NCBI RefSeq assembly: GCF_006345805.1 | Contig: NC_042997.1 | Location: forward strand, 81,778,001-81,842,000 | Length of the DNA: 64,000 nt | Direction of reading: 5' to 3' | From: Octopus sinensis | Lineage: Eukaryota | Part shown: piece by piece, positions 35,640 through 49,019 of the stretch | Numbering within the stretch: the stretch's first letter is position 1 | Layout of the letters: each line of letters starts with the position of its first letter | Notes under the pieces: generated by a model | Databases searched by the model: none | Seen by the model: only the letters and a program-made list of their open reading frames with translations | Told to the model about the DNA's origin: nothing | Program-made: the position numbers and the translations under genes

Positions 35640-36820
35640 ATTAATAATAATAATAATGGGTGTTATGTCCATCTGTCTGTTCCCCTTCCCAAATAGCTGG
35701 ACCAATGGTCATGATGTTCTTTTGGATTACAAAGGAGGTAATTAGGAAGTTTTTTAACAAAAAAAATGTTGAAAAAATACAGTCATTTAGTGGAGATTGA
35801 GTTTTGTATTAATAAATCACCTTTGATTTTTTTTTGTTAAAATTCCAGTGATGAGGATTAACTCTGGATTTCTCCTTGTATAGTTCATGAATTTAGAGGG
35901 TTTAGATTTGTGATACTATCCCTTTATTTCCCTTTGTAGATGGGCAATTTTGCTATCTTACTATAATGGGCGTTATGTCTGTCTGCCTGTCCATCTCTTT
36001 GTTCCCTCTTCATGGCCAGACAGCTGGACCAGTGGTTACGATATTTTTCAGGATTTTTAGCATTAAAAAAAATCGAAGTATGATTATTTTGTGGATATTG
36101 ATTTTTGAATTTATAAATCACCTTCAAATTTTTATTAAAAATTCATCAGCCACAAGTAACTCTGGATTTTCATTGTATAGTTCTCGTGGCCCCATCATAG
36201 ATATGAAGGGGGCCTCAAGAACAGTTAAATAGCGAAAATAAAATGGAAAAAGTGTGTGTCAGTATATAGTGTGTGTGATTATTTAGTGGTTATTGTAGTG
36301 TGTTAGTCTTGAGCAGGATCCAAAGCAGCTGTTGTTACATCTCAGTTTTGTCAATCAAAATAACCTATGGTACCAGAACATCCAGACGTGATTTGCATAG
36401 ATCAGTGAGAGGTAAGTCTTAGTTTGATTTTTTGCAATCCTAAAGATTCCGCTTGCGCAATCACAGCAAACAAGGTACAAGACCAGACTTTAGATTGTGT
36501 AGGTGTATTTTTACCCACTTCGATGTTTACACACGGCCAGTTATACATCACTATGAGTAGAGCAATGGACTGCAGTAATTTGAAAATAAGTGTCAACCAA
36601 GCACAAAAAAACGTCTACAAAGAAGTTTTGTAATTATATTGATATCGAAAGGAATATGATCCATAATTTAAATAAGGAAATTTGTGAACTTTGAATGTAT
36701 AAGAGTATAAGCAAGTGTAAAATAGTGTAAACAACTAAAATAAAAGTATATTTAAATAAAATTTTTTATTTTTTTAATTCTTTTTATGTAGTGGTCAAAG
36801 GAAGCTCTGGCTTTCACTAG
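35640..36820 (+). mobile_element. Helitron remnant with duplicated 5' segment and Pif1-helicase C-terminus
   Basis: A|TC start at 35956 with a similar upstream copy; ANKVQDQTLDCVGVFL...FTHGQLYITMSR...KNVYKEVL*; CTAG at 36817-36820 (degenerate hairpin). Confidence 0.7.
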
Positions 36821-37064
36821 GAGTGGTCTACATAACCATTCATGACACAGAGGCTGGGAGCCTATTTCAGTTTGGGAGTGAATTGTCATCACATGTCATA
36901 TAGTTACAATAGAATGCTGTATTACCAACAATGTGCTTTCTCTAAGACATCACCCAGTAATCTATCAAGTCCATTTACACATATCCCAATACATACTGAT
37001 GTTATGACTTCCCTTCCTCATTTTATGCCTCCATCATAGATAGGTAGACTTGCTGGTAATAATA

Positions 37065-37110
<46 letters not shown>

Positions 37111-37958
37111 GTGTGTGTGTGTGCACATCTTTTTTGTCTGTTTTTGTCCCCCATCATTGCTTGGCAACAGGTGTAGGTGTGTTAATGTACCTGTAACTTA
37201 GTGGTTCGGCAAAAGAGATCAATAGAATAAGTAACAGGCTTAGAAAGTGAATACTGGGGTCAATTCATTTGACTGAAATTCTTCTAAGCAGTGCCCCCGT
37301 GTGGCTGCAGTTTAATGACTGAAACAAGAAAAGGAAAGATACCATATTAGTATATCTCATTGTTATCAATGAATGCCAAGGCACCACAGTTGCAAATTTT
37401 AATCGCTCATATTTATAATGTGTAAATTTTAGCTTACCTAACTATTGCTTATCTTGCTTTATTACTTGGTTAAACTGGGAAAACTGTGGCCCTTTTATTA
37501 GGAAATTCTCCAGGTACTTAGGTGTAGGCATGGCTGTATGGTAAGAAGTTTGCTTCCCAACCATATGGTTCCTAATTCAGTACCACTGCATGGTACCTTG
37601 GGCAAGTCTCTTCAACTATTACCCTGGGCTGACCAAAGCTTTGTGAGTGGATATGGCAGACAAAACTACTTTTTTTCTCAGCAGCCACTGACTGGTTGTG
37701 CTAATCCACCTCTGTCAATAGAGAGCAATTGCCATATTCACTTCCATATCAGCTACCTCTGATGAACATAATTATATAATTCGATTGTTACCTAACACTC
37801 CATTGTATTTTTGTGTGAAACCAATTGGTGAGACCAGCCATGATGGATACTTCATAGTATAAAATTCAGATAATATATCTAGTTCCACCTGTCCATCTGC
37901 TGATGGCTTACCTGGCTGAAACTTCAATGTTACTGTGAATACTATTCTTGTTAAAGAA

Positions 37959-38046
<88 letters not shown>

Positions 38047-39141
38047 CTTTGTCCCTGCCTTACCACCACCACTTCATCTTAATGTTAGCTTGTTTATATC
38101 CCCATAGTTTAGTGGTTGAGCATAAGGGACCGATAGAATAAGTATCAGGTTTAAAAAATAAAAAGAGGACTGGGCAATTCATTTGACTAAAACCCTTTAA
38201 AGCAGTGCTCCAGCATGGTTGCTGTCCAATGATTGAAATTTACCATGATATATATAATAAGAAAAATAAAAAAATTTCTTTTTATATTAAGGACTGGTTT
38301 TTAGTAGTGCTTATGTATTATTTTATTCTAATATATCTATCTGTCCATAAATGCTATTCCCATCATCATCGTTTAACATGCTAGCATTGGTTAGATGGTT
38401 CGACTGGGGTCTGGGAAGCCAGGAGGCTGCACCAGGCTCCAGTTTGATCTGGCAGTGTTTCTACAGCTGGATGCCCTTCCAAACGCCAACCACTCCGTAA
38501 GAGTAGTGGGTGCTTTTTATGTACCACCAGCACAGGGGCCAGAGAAGGCTGGCAACGGCTACGATCAGTTGGTGCTTTTTAGGTGCCACCGGCATGGAAG
38601 CCATCAATTGGTGAATATGTACTTCCATTGTATGTTAGTATTGTAATGGTAATAGTCTACCACTAGACTACCTATGACTCGTTGGTTCACCTGGAAAGTC
38701 TGAGTTTCCCAGCAATGGAGTTTTGTGTCATTGGTTTTTCTTTCTTTTCCGGGTTATTTCGCATGCTTTCAACAAATGTGACATCAAAATCATGCATAAA
38801 CGGCTCTTTTCCCTGGAATGGAACATTTTTGCTGCTATTTCTTGCATGCCCTGCTACCACGTAATGGGTATTTTGGGTCCTTTATTGCAAATAGCTGCTA
38901 CGGGATAGCAGGGCATGCTAAAAATAGCAGCCAAACCTTTGGTGCTGAGATATGCTGAATGCACCCAAAATAATTTTTGTAATGGTGTTCCCTAGGGACA
39001 ATCTTTTGCTTTGACTCTCGGAACTGTCATCCAGATCAGCTGGTTTTGTTCGTTAATTTCCATAAAAATTTTTTATTTACTTTTGTTTTAAAGTGAAACA
39101 GAGGAGAAAGTGAAAGCTGTATGAATGGTATATGAAATGGA

Positions 39142-39185
<44 letters not shown>

Positions 39186-40554
39186 CCACTTACACATACA
39201 TGAGAACATGTGTTCATTCACTCTCTGTCTCTTGCACACACATGCACATACAAAAAAATGTATTCATGTGTATTGATGTATGTATGTATACATGACAAAC
39301 ACACCCCTTCACCCACTCACTCTCTCTTCTCTATCTCTCTCTCTCTTCTCTATCTCTCTCTCTCTTCTCTATCTCTCTCTCTCTTCTCTCTCTCTCTTCT
39401 CTCTCTCTCTTCTCTCTCTCTCTCACATGCACAATCTATTTCATATACACGTACATACATCTTTCACTTTAAAACAAAATTAAATAAAAAATTTTACAGA
39501 AATTAACGACTTGAATATAGTTTAAAAAAAAACTTTGTTTAAAGAAAGCTAGAATATAAATACTTACTGTACAAATAACTTACATTTTCAAAATCACATT
39601 CAGTTAAAAATATTTCTAAATGATTAAAATATTGTGTACCTCAAAAATAAAAATTTTTTGTTTCTTTTTTCTGAGGGTATGAAAACTGTGTGAGTGTGTA
39701 TATGTCACAGATAGCAGATGTGTGTTTGTGTTGACTGACAAGTCGTGACATTCATTATGTGTGTTGTCACAGAAGTCATATTTTTTGTCGTCAAGAAATA
39801 ACAAACATGAGTTTACTCATTTTCATGAATAAAAAGAGGTCCAAATGTCACAAAAATTTGTACTGCACTACCGAAGGTAAGTATGAAAATATACATGAAA
39901 AACCAAAAAATTAAGATAAAATATGCTATTTCTGAGATATTTCAGGTACAAACATCCCTAGAGTTTTAGTATTAAGATCACTACATCACCAACACACAAT
40001 CATCATTGATATAGTTTTTGTGGATTTTATTTTGCTATTGTTTGTTAGTTCAGTTTCACATTCACTTTTTTGCTACAACGTGATGCTTTTCTTGTCATGA
40101 ACCCATACCTGTTTACCATGTGAAGTGTATTTTCTCTCATTCCTCACATTGAAAACTGAAACAAATAAAGGCACTGTTTCTTTTCACTCAGACACTAATG
40201 ACATTTGGAACAACATTCACACTCACACATGCACAACAGTTTTCCTCTCAGTTTCTGTCTGTTAATTCCACTCAAAAAGCATAGGTCACTCTGAAGCTCT
40301 TGCTCATAGTGTGCCACAAAGTGGAACACATAGTTGCAAAGCAAAGTTGTAACCTGTGCTTATCTTGTGTTTTGAATGTATTTGCCTCCTCTGTTTGTCT
40401 GTCTGTCTTTCTATTTTGTCCACGTATAACATATATCAATGGAGATATACAAGTAATTTTTCCCTCATCAATTACTCCATGGATGTTAATGCTTTTTAGA
40501 CCCTTTTCCCTAGAACTCACTATGATATTGACTCATTTATTTTCTTTTTTTCAG

Positions 40555-40617
40555 TGCCCCAAAGAAAATTGTAATTATTTTGCTGTCCCAAAATTGGTTA
40601 AAATACACGTCAAAATG
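40555..40617 (+). CDS. NUFIP1: NUFIP1 exon 3 (second finger)
   Basis: tttcag|CPKENCNYFAVPKLVKIHVKM|gtaaat; phase 0-0. Confidence 0.92.
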
Positions 40618-42611
40618 GTAAATATTGTTTAGAAATTTTAAGTATTTCATATTATTACTCTATCATATTTTCTAAATCCCTATATTTTTTACCAATTATA
40701 TATTGTCTGTGATCTTAAGTGTTTATCTTACATAGTTGCTTCCTTTCAGTCAATATGATTAGTGAGAAAACTGTCATTTGTGGTGTTATTAATTAGTCCA
40801 TAAAAGAAAGGCAATGAGCTGGCAGAATCATTAACACACTAAGCAAAATGTTTTGTGACATTTTGTCCATCTTTACATTCTGAGTTCAAAACTCACCGAG
40901 GTTGACTTTACCTTTCACCCTTTCAGGGTTAATAAAGTACCAATGAAACACTGGGGTTGATGTAATTGACTAGTCCACTTCCCAAATTTCAGGCTTTGTA
41001 CCTTTAGTAGAAAGAATTAATTAGTCCATAGAAGAATTTAAGAAGTTCAATTGCCAAGTGAAGAATCTATTGTTCTGGGTTCTTATGTTTCATCTGAGAA
41101 CAAAGAAAAAATAGTATGTAGTGTTTTGCTTGTTTGTGGACAGTTAATGACGTCCACAATCAAGTAAAAACATTTGAACTTGTCAAACTCATAGGAATTC
41201 CTTTTAATAATGTTTATCTCCTATCCCTTTTTTTGTCTTTTTTCCCTTTGTATTTTGGTTATTCTCTATGAAGTAAAGGTCTCAAATGAATGTTGTACAT
41301 ACAGTATTGGAGATGTTTTTCTTTCAAAATTCTGAGGAGTGAAAATCGGGGATCAGTTTCTTAGAAATAGAGTAAACTATCTGTATCATACAGTCATTAT
41401 CATTTAATGCCTGTTTGCCATGCTGGCATGGATTGGATGGGTTGACAGGAGCTGGCTAGGCAGATGACAGCACCAGGCTTCACTGTCTGTTTTGACTTGG
41501 TTTTTACAGCTGGATGCCCTTCCAAACACCAACCACTGAAGTCCAGTGTGGATTTCATGCATCAACACTGGCAGGGGTCATCAAATAACTTGCAAGGCGA
41601 AGGTCCTTTGATAGTACACTATATAAAAACTAGAAGAGATTTGAAATGTTTTAATCCTTTCATGACTATCAATAATATTTATACGCTAATTTTTTGTTTT
41701 TGTATGTTCCTGTTGTGTGTCACACTTACTTCAAAGAAGTGGCAAAGTGCAAGAGAGGAGGGCAGAGAGGAATTTAGAGAGAAAGAGAGAGAGTGAAAGA
41801 GACAGTGAGTGGTGACTGCATTCGTTTTGTGTTTTTAAATGTTTATCACATCACGAGAGAAGTAGATAAATAGATACATATATTGTTAAATCAAAAGCAG
41901 GAGAGAGACACAAAGGAAGTGAAAGAGACAGCAGATACATAACTCCAAAGAAAAGTTCATACATAGATACATACACACAGCCGGTTTCACTTTTCATTAA
42001 CACAAGGATAAAATTAACTCACAAATGGCTGAGTACTCCACAGACATGGATAACATTAAGATAGTTCTCGGGGAGATTCAGCCTCACAAAATATGACAAG
42101 GCTGGCCCCTTTGAATTACAGATACAACTCGAGACATATATATATATGAATGTATTTGTGTGTGTGTGTAGTTTAGGTTAGTTAAGACCTGTTTGCAATA
42201 ATAAGTGTTGCGTGGTGGAAGCAAACGCAATTACCAAACTTTCATTCATAAATCCATTTAATATTTCGTTCTTTTGCTTTTCAATCATGTAAAAAAAAAA
42301 AAAAAAATCACCGAAAACAGGAACCCAAAATTACAGGATTGCAGGTCTGGATTCGGCCTGGAATGGTTTTTAATTTACTTAGCCTTTAGATTATAAAAAA
42401 TGTTATTGTATAAAAACAATTGCTGTAAACAATTATACTAATGAAAACTTGGGAATCCAAAATTTCAGGGTGTGGGTCCAGATTTGACCCAGAATGATTA
42501 TAATTTACTCACGGAGTCGGCCTGATTCTGAAATGGTATATGTTGGGCTATGACCTCTAGGAGTAAAGTTGAAAAAGTGTAACACACTGATATTCACACT
42601 TATATTTTTAT

Positions 42612-42909
42612 AAGCTGGCAAAAACGTTAGCACGCCAGGCGAAATGCTTAGCGGTATTTCACCTGCTGCTACGTTCTGAGTTCAAATTCCGCCGAGGTCG
42701 ACTTTGCCTTTCATCCTTTCCGGGTCGATTAAATAAGTACCAGTTACACACTGGAGGTTGAATAATCGACTTAATCCGTTTGTCTGTCCTTGTTTGTCCT
42801 CTCTGTGTTTAGCGCCTTGTGGGTAGTAAAGAAATAGGTATTTTGTCTGCTGCTATGTTCTGAGTTCAAATTCCACCAAGGTCGACTTTGCCTTTCATCC
42901 TTTCGGGGT

Positions 42910-42912
<3 letters not shown>
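42612..42912 (+). mobile_element. SINE family B with partial tandem duplication
   Basis: Full copy followed by a repeat of the B-box half, ending in (TA)n. Confidence 0.85.
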
Positions 42913-42952
<40 letters not shown>

Positions 42953-43342
42953 TTCATGATTTTAAGTAGTAGATAATTTCTGATATTTGAAATGGGTCTC
43001 AGAAATGTACAGCTGTGAAAATCTTTTACTGACTACATTGTTGATCATTGATTAATATTCTATATTTCTTGTCCTGAACTCTCTGTTTATGAGTATATCC
43101 TGCTCTGAATAAGAGTTATAGTGAAATGGCAACGAAAATTTGTTGATACAGGTTCACTTTCCTTTTGCTTTCTTTTGCTTATTCCTTCTACATATACTTC
43201 TTAATATTGCAGACAAAGTTGGCTCCCTTGAGCTGGTTTTTTTTTATTTCATATGTCACACAGTTTTTACTGACGATATACTGGCTCATAAAGATTTGAC
43301 TTTACATGAAACTCATTTAATCTGTTTTATTTTATATTTCAG

Positions 43343-43425
43343 CATCATGATACAGGACTTGCTAAAAAAATATGGAACATGGAATCCCAGGAAGAAATTG
43401 AGAAATGGATTGCAGAAAGGAAACG
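43343..43425 (+). CDS. NUFIP1: NUFIP1 exon 4
   Basis: tttcag|HHDTGLAKKIWNMESQEEIEKWIAERK(R)|gtaaaa; start of the conserved NUFIP1/Rsa1 EEI..W..ER..N.PT segment. Confidence 0.93.
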
Positions 43426-43971
43426 GTAAAATGCAGTTAAGCCTGTCTTTAAAGGAGACAGACTTTAAAGAATACAGACTTAAAGCACTAATTAGGTGCA
43501 TTGAATGTACCTATCAAGTGGTTAATTCCATATTGACTACAGTGAAACATCACAACTTTAGCATCATAAGGTGCAGTAAAATGCACTTTACAATGCTAGA
43601 GTTCTTATGTGTTATTGTATGTTTAGACCCAGCACATCGTTGATATTAATTGAATAACTTAGATATTGTGTGCTATTGTCTATAATTATTTTCAGTTGCT
43701 TTTTTATTAAAGCAATGCTGCCTTCTGTATCAATTAGAATATTTATAATTATATGCCCCGCAAAGCATCTATTTAAAACTATTGGATCATAGAACACTAT
43801 GATCCATTCCTTATAAATGAGAAATTTTTAATTACTCTGTAAAATATTAGCATTTTTTTGTAGTTAAGATGAATGCTTGTAATTAGACTGTATTTAATTA
43901 GCTTTTGCAAGTTGACACAATTTTAAAAATTCAATTTAATATTTATTGTTTTCAAAATTTTGTGTTTTCAG

Positions 43972-44055
43972 GAATTTCCCAACTACTGCTAATATTGCCA
44001 AGAAAAAATTCATAATGGATGACAAAATTAGTCGTGGAGAGGTCCTAGAATCAAA
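43972..44055 (+). CDS. NUFIP1: NUFIP1 exon 5
   Basis: tttcag|(R)NFPTTANIAKKKFIMDDKISRGEVLES(K)|gtaagc; phase 2-2. Confidence 0.93.
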
Positions 44056-44913
44056 GTAAGCATTCCTATCCTATGACATTTTTATATTTGAAGTTATTTT
44101 ACCATTTTTGCAACCTATATAATTAACATTAAGGAAGTTCTTTTAATATAGTTATTGAAAGATATTTAAACCTTTTGTTCTTATAAGCATAAACCGAAAC
44201 TGACAGGAGTCTGTCATGTATGTGTTCATGTCTCTTTGTCTTGATGTCATGTGCTAGTTGTAAAAAGTATCACCATCATACAAGTGGTATTGTTGGTTTG
44301 CAATCTTCCATGAAATCATGTCCAGCCATTGTTCTGTTTATGCTCAAAGGATTGGAAGAAATATTACTTTACTTGGCTACAGAAAGAAAATCTTCAACAA
44401 ATTTCATCTGATCCATTCAAGCATGGAAAACTAGCTGCTAAAAAACAATGATGACAGCACATATTCATGGAGTATGTCATCTTGTAGAAAAAGTAGGTTT
44501 ATGCAGCCCACTTCTCAAAGCTAGCTGTTGACTGTAAGCAAAAACAACTCTCATTAGTACAGTATTTGTGGCAGTGTTCTCTTTTAGCTTTGCACATGTA
44601 TACACATTTTATAATGAGTACACTAAAGAAAAATGTGCTCACATAAGAACTTCAAAATTGAATGTTTTTAATTAAAGATGTATAATTAATGGATGTGCAC
44701 ATACTTTGCAAAGAAAGCCAAAATTTGCACATAGGCAAATTTTTACTTACATCGTTTCCTGTAAAAATGAGAGAAAACATTGTATTGTAGCTGTCATTTG
44801 GACAGAATTTCTTTTAGTTAACTATTCATTAAACTAATATAAAACAATTTAGTAATATAAAGATGTATTTTGTTTGTTGCTTGTAATTCTAACAATAATG
44901 AATTTCTTTTAAG

Positions 44914-44995
44914 GTCCTTTCACCATAGACCTGGTATGCCTAGAGGAAAACATCGTTATAGCCAGACTAAACATTTAAAAAGACGTTTTAGAAAG
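44914..44995 (+). CDS. NUFIP1: NUFIP1 exon 6 (basic region)
   Basis: tttaag|(K)SFHHRPGMPRGKHRYSQTKHLKRRFRK|gttttc; phase-compatible, weaker donor. Confidence 0.75.
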
Positions 44996-45728
44996 GTTTT
45001 CATTTTATCATTATGTTACTACTGTGCATGAACATTTATTGGTTTAGATTTTATTGAAATTTTGTTACACAACAGTGTCACTTATTGAAGTGGTATAGTT
45101 GGACAAAATTTCAGTAGATTTTGAAAGATGCTATTTTAAATGGTTTTTCATATCTTCTTGCTAAAATTATTTACAATATCTTAAATCATTCATGGCTGTT
45201 AGATTTAGAAATTGATTTTACAATCACATGGATCAAGGTTTAATCAGAGTGCATACCTTAACCAAGTGTCTTGTACCATACCCATGGGTTCACCTAGGCC
45301 TCATGAGTGAAACTGGTCTGAGGCTGTTAATGTATTAGAGTAGGGGCAGTATAATTGTTTAAAAGCCCAGAAAGTAATGTCCTAGCATGGCTAGTCAAAA
45401 GATTAAATCCCAGTAAAATTTTAAGGTGATATAAAGCAATGCATTCTGATATAATTTTGTTTTAACAATAGGAAGCTATTAAATATTTGCTCTTAATTCA
45501 AAGAATGAAATATAAAATCAAATCCAGCTGGATTTGAATTCTGAACATTTTTTTGTGAATAAGTCTATCAATTGTAATTTCAAATCGGAAAGAATTATGA
45601 TAAATCTAGTTGCAAGGATACCATTGAGAATCAAACTAAAATTTATGGAAAATGCTAAATCTGTTTATATAAATTATGCTTGTATTATATCATATTTAAC
45701 ATGAATTTTTTTTATTTTGTTCATTTAG

Positions 45729-45789
45729 AATCAAAGTTATCATTCTAGTGACAGGACTGTAGAAAACGATACCTTGAATTTAAAAAATG
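45729..45789 (+). CDS. NUFIP1: NUFIP1 exon 7
   Basis: atttag|NQSYHSSDRTVENDTLNLKN(A)|gtaaga; phase 0-1. Confidence 0.75.
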
Positions 45790-46109
45790 GTAAGATGCTT
45801 GATGGTAAAATCTAATTCTTAATTGTAAAGAACAAATTGTAATTTATTTGGTAGATATTTTTAGTGATAATTTTATCTTGAATAAAAACATGAAGTGACA
45901 AATGCCTTAGAATAGTATATAAGCTGATAGTGATGAACTAGTTTTGATTCCTATTCTAGATATTCACTTCACCTAATACCACTTAATTTCTTCTTTCTTT
46001 TTGGGTTAGCAGGAACATCACCTCATTTCAATTTTCCATGTTCTCAAGGTAGTGAGATAATCCCTACATTGCAGTCAACTCTCCCTCAAATCATACCTTA
46101 TTGTTTTAA

Positions 46110-46269
46110 CCCTTTAAGGTCAGGTGTAGCTTATTGACACATTGCTAAATTCTGAAGGAGATAGGTGTGATATATAAGCAACATTTGCTTTATAAGTTAT
46201 TATCATCTATGCTTTTCCATTTTTTTGCATCCTCCATGAAAAACCGTATTTATACTGAGCCTTAAAGGG
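46110..46269. mobile_element. 160-bp TTAA MITE (piggyBac-type)
   Basis: TTAA|ccctttaaggtcag ... ctgagccttaaaggg|TTAA. Confidence 0.8.
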
Positions 46270-46639
46270 TTAAGAAAGGACACGTTGGATAATGTAATCC
46301 TAGATACAGTATGATTAAAAAGTAAAATCTGGATTTTTCTGAATAAAATAATCCTAATAACACAACTGTTTGATCAGAGCTAGCTTGGAGATAAACTACA
46401 TTAGTTTATATCAGTATAAAATTCTGTTTATGTAAAAATCTGTATTAGGTTATCATAGGAATAATAACTGTCACTCCTTTCTTTAATTTACTTTTCTCAG
46501 AATCTTCTGTATAAATGCCATGCTTTTAAATCTTTATCTCCCTCTTGTCTTTGTGTGTGTGTATGTGGGCGGGGGGTACAAGCAGATGTACAAAACATAG
46601 TGGGATTCTAATTATATATAATTGAACTTGATTTTGAAC

Positions 46640-48867
46640 TGCTGAGATGCTCAAAATATCTGACAGTGTCGGCTATAGCCTAGTCACACGTATAGATAAC
46701 CAGGTGATACACGAAGGAGTCATACCCAATGACTGGTGTAGTAGCATAATAGTCAACTGCTACAAAGGTAAAGGTGACGCCCTAGATACAAGTAATTACA
46801 GAGGTATTAAGCTGTTGGATCAGGTAAAGAAGGTTACGGAAAGGGTCATAGCCCAACTGATTAGAGAGGGAGTCAACCTAGACGAGATGCAGTTTGGTTT
46901 CGTGCCAGGGAAAAGCACCACTGATGCCATATTTCTGGTGAGACAGCTGCAGGAGAAATACCTAGCCAAAGATAAAACTCTGTACCTGGCTTTCGTTGAC
47001 TTGGAGAAAGCCTTTGACAGGGTCCCCCGATCCCTTATCTGGTGGTCAATGAGGAAACTAGGGATAGATGAATGGTTAGTGAGAGCTGTGCATGCCATGT
47101 ACAGGGACGCTGTTAGTAAGGTGAGGGTTGGCAACAAGTTCAGTGAAGAATTCCGGGTGGAGGTTGGGGTTCACCAAGGCTCAGTCCTCAGCCCCCTCCT
47201 ATTTATCATAGTCCTCCAGGCAATAACGGAGGAATTCAAGACAGGATGCCCCTGGGAGCTCCTCTATGCTGACGACCTTGCTCTAATTGCTGAATCACTA
47301 TCAGAACTCGAGGTGAAGTTTCAGGCGTGGAAGCAAGGATTAGAATTGAAGGGCCTGAGAGTCAATCTAGCTAAAACCAAAGTCCTAATAAGTAGGAAGG
47401 TAGACAAATCTCAAACACCTTCAGGTAGATGGCCCTGCTCGATCTGTAGAAAAGGCGTAGGTAGGAACTCTATAAGATGCACCAAGTGTAAGCTATGGAC
47501 ACATAAGAGGTGCAGCAATGTCAAAGGAAGGCTAACTAGGAAGATAGTTTTTGTATGTGGCAGATGCTCTGGTTCAATAAAGACTGAAGATGCGCAGAGA
47601 CCATCTTCCGCCACATTCCAGGGAGAAAAACTTGAAATAGTTGATAGTTTCCGTTACCTAGGTGACCAAGTCAGTAGTGGGGGTGGGTGTGCCGAAAGTG
47701 TAACTGCTAGAGTAAGAATAGCCTGGGCAAAATTCAGAGAGCTCTTACCTCTGCTGGTGACAAAGGGCCTCTCGCTCAGAGTAAAAGGCAGACTGTATGA
47801 CGCATATGTGTGAACAGCCATGCTACATGGGCCGTGACTGCTGAGGATATGCGTAAGCTTGCAAGAAATGAAGCCAGTATGCTCCGTTGGATGTGTAATG
47901 TCAGTGTTCATACCCGACAGAGTGTAAGTGCCTTGAGAGAAAAGTTGCATCTAAGAAGCATCAAATGTGGTGTGCAAGAGAGGCGTCTACGCTGGTATGG
48001 ACACGTAGTAAGAATGGATGAAGATAGTTGTGTGAAAAAGTGCCACACCCTAGCAGTTTAGGGAACCTGTGGAAGAGGTAGATCCAGGAAAACCTGGGAC
48101 GAGGTGGTGAAGAACAACCTTCGCGCTTTAGGTCTCACCGAGGAAATGACCAGAGACCGAGACCTTTGGAAGTATGCTGTGCGCAAGAAGACCCGGCAGG
48201 GCATGTGAGGCCATAACCCATGGCCCCTACCTGGGACGTAGTCAGTCCACCTGTGCATACCTTCCTTCTTGGGACACTTGTGAAGACCTGTTGAGGCAAG
48301 TGAAAATCAAACCAAATCAAAATCGATGAACATAAATGGAATTTGTATTTTTGTGGTACCAGTGCTGGTGGCACATAAGAAAACCATCCGAACGTGGCCG
48401 TAGCCAGTACCGCATCGACTGGCCTCCGTGCTGTGGGCACGTAACAAACACCATTCGATCGTGGCCGTGCCAGCCTTGCCTGGCCTCCGTGCCGGTGGCA
48501 CGTAAAAAGCACCATCCGAGCGTGGCCGTTCGCCAGCCTCGTCTGGCACCTGTGTCGGTGGCACATAAAAAACACCATCCAAGCGTGGCCGTTCGCCAGC
48601 CTCGTCTGGCACCTGTGTCAGTGGCACATAAAAAACCCCATCCGAGCATGGCCGTTTGCCAGCCTCGTCTGGCACCTGTGTCGGTGGCACATAAAAAGCA
48701 CCCACTACACTCATGGAGTGGTTGGCGTTAGGAAGGGCATCCAGCTGTAGAAACACTGCCAGATCTGACTGGCCTGGTGCAGCCTTCGGGCTTCCCAGAC
48801 CCCAGTTGAACCGTCCAACCCATGCTAGCATGGAAAGCGGACGTTAAACGATGATGATGATGATGAA
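46640..48867 (+). mobile_element. 5'-truncated RTE LINE
   Basis: 388-aa ORF (NYRGIKLL, QFGFVPGKSTTDAIF, FVDLEKAFD, YADDL, PHD finger), then a frameshifted C-terminus, 3' UTR and (GAT)n. Confidence 0.93.
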
Positions 48868-49019
48868 CTATGGACTGATTAACAGGGGACACTATAAAAC
48901 TCAAAAAGCAGCACAAGCCACATTAGGCTAAAAATGTTTAGATAGCATACAGGACTAGTATATTCAGGATAATAAAAGAAAAGTGGGGTTTATATCCGTA
49001 ATGTTTGCTTGCCACTGTC

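Noticed and set aside
40300-43643. ORFs 40300-40632 and 43140-43643 as separate genes
   Set aside because: They are intronic open frames that overlap NUFIP1 exons 3 and 4; only the spliced parts carry motifs.
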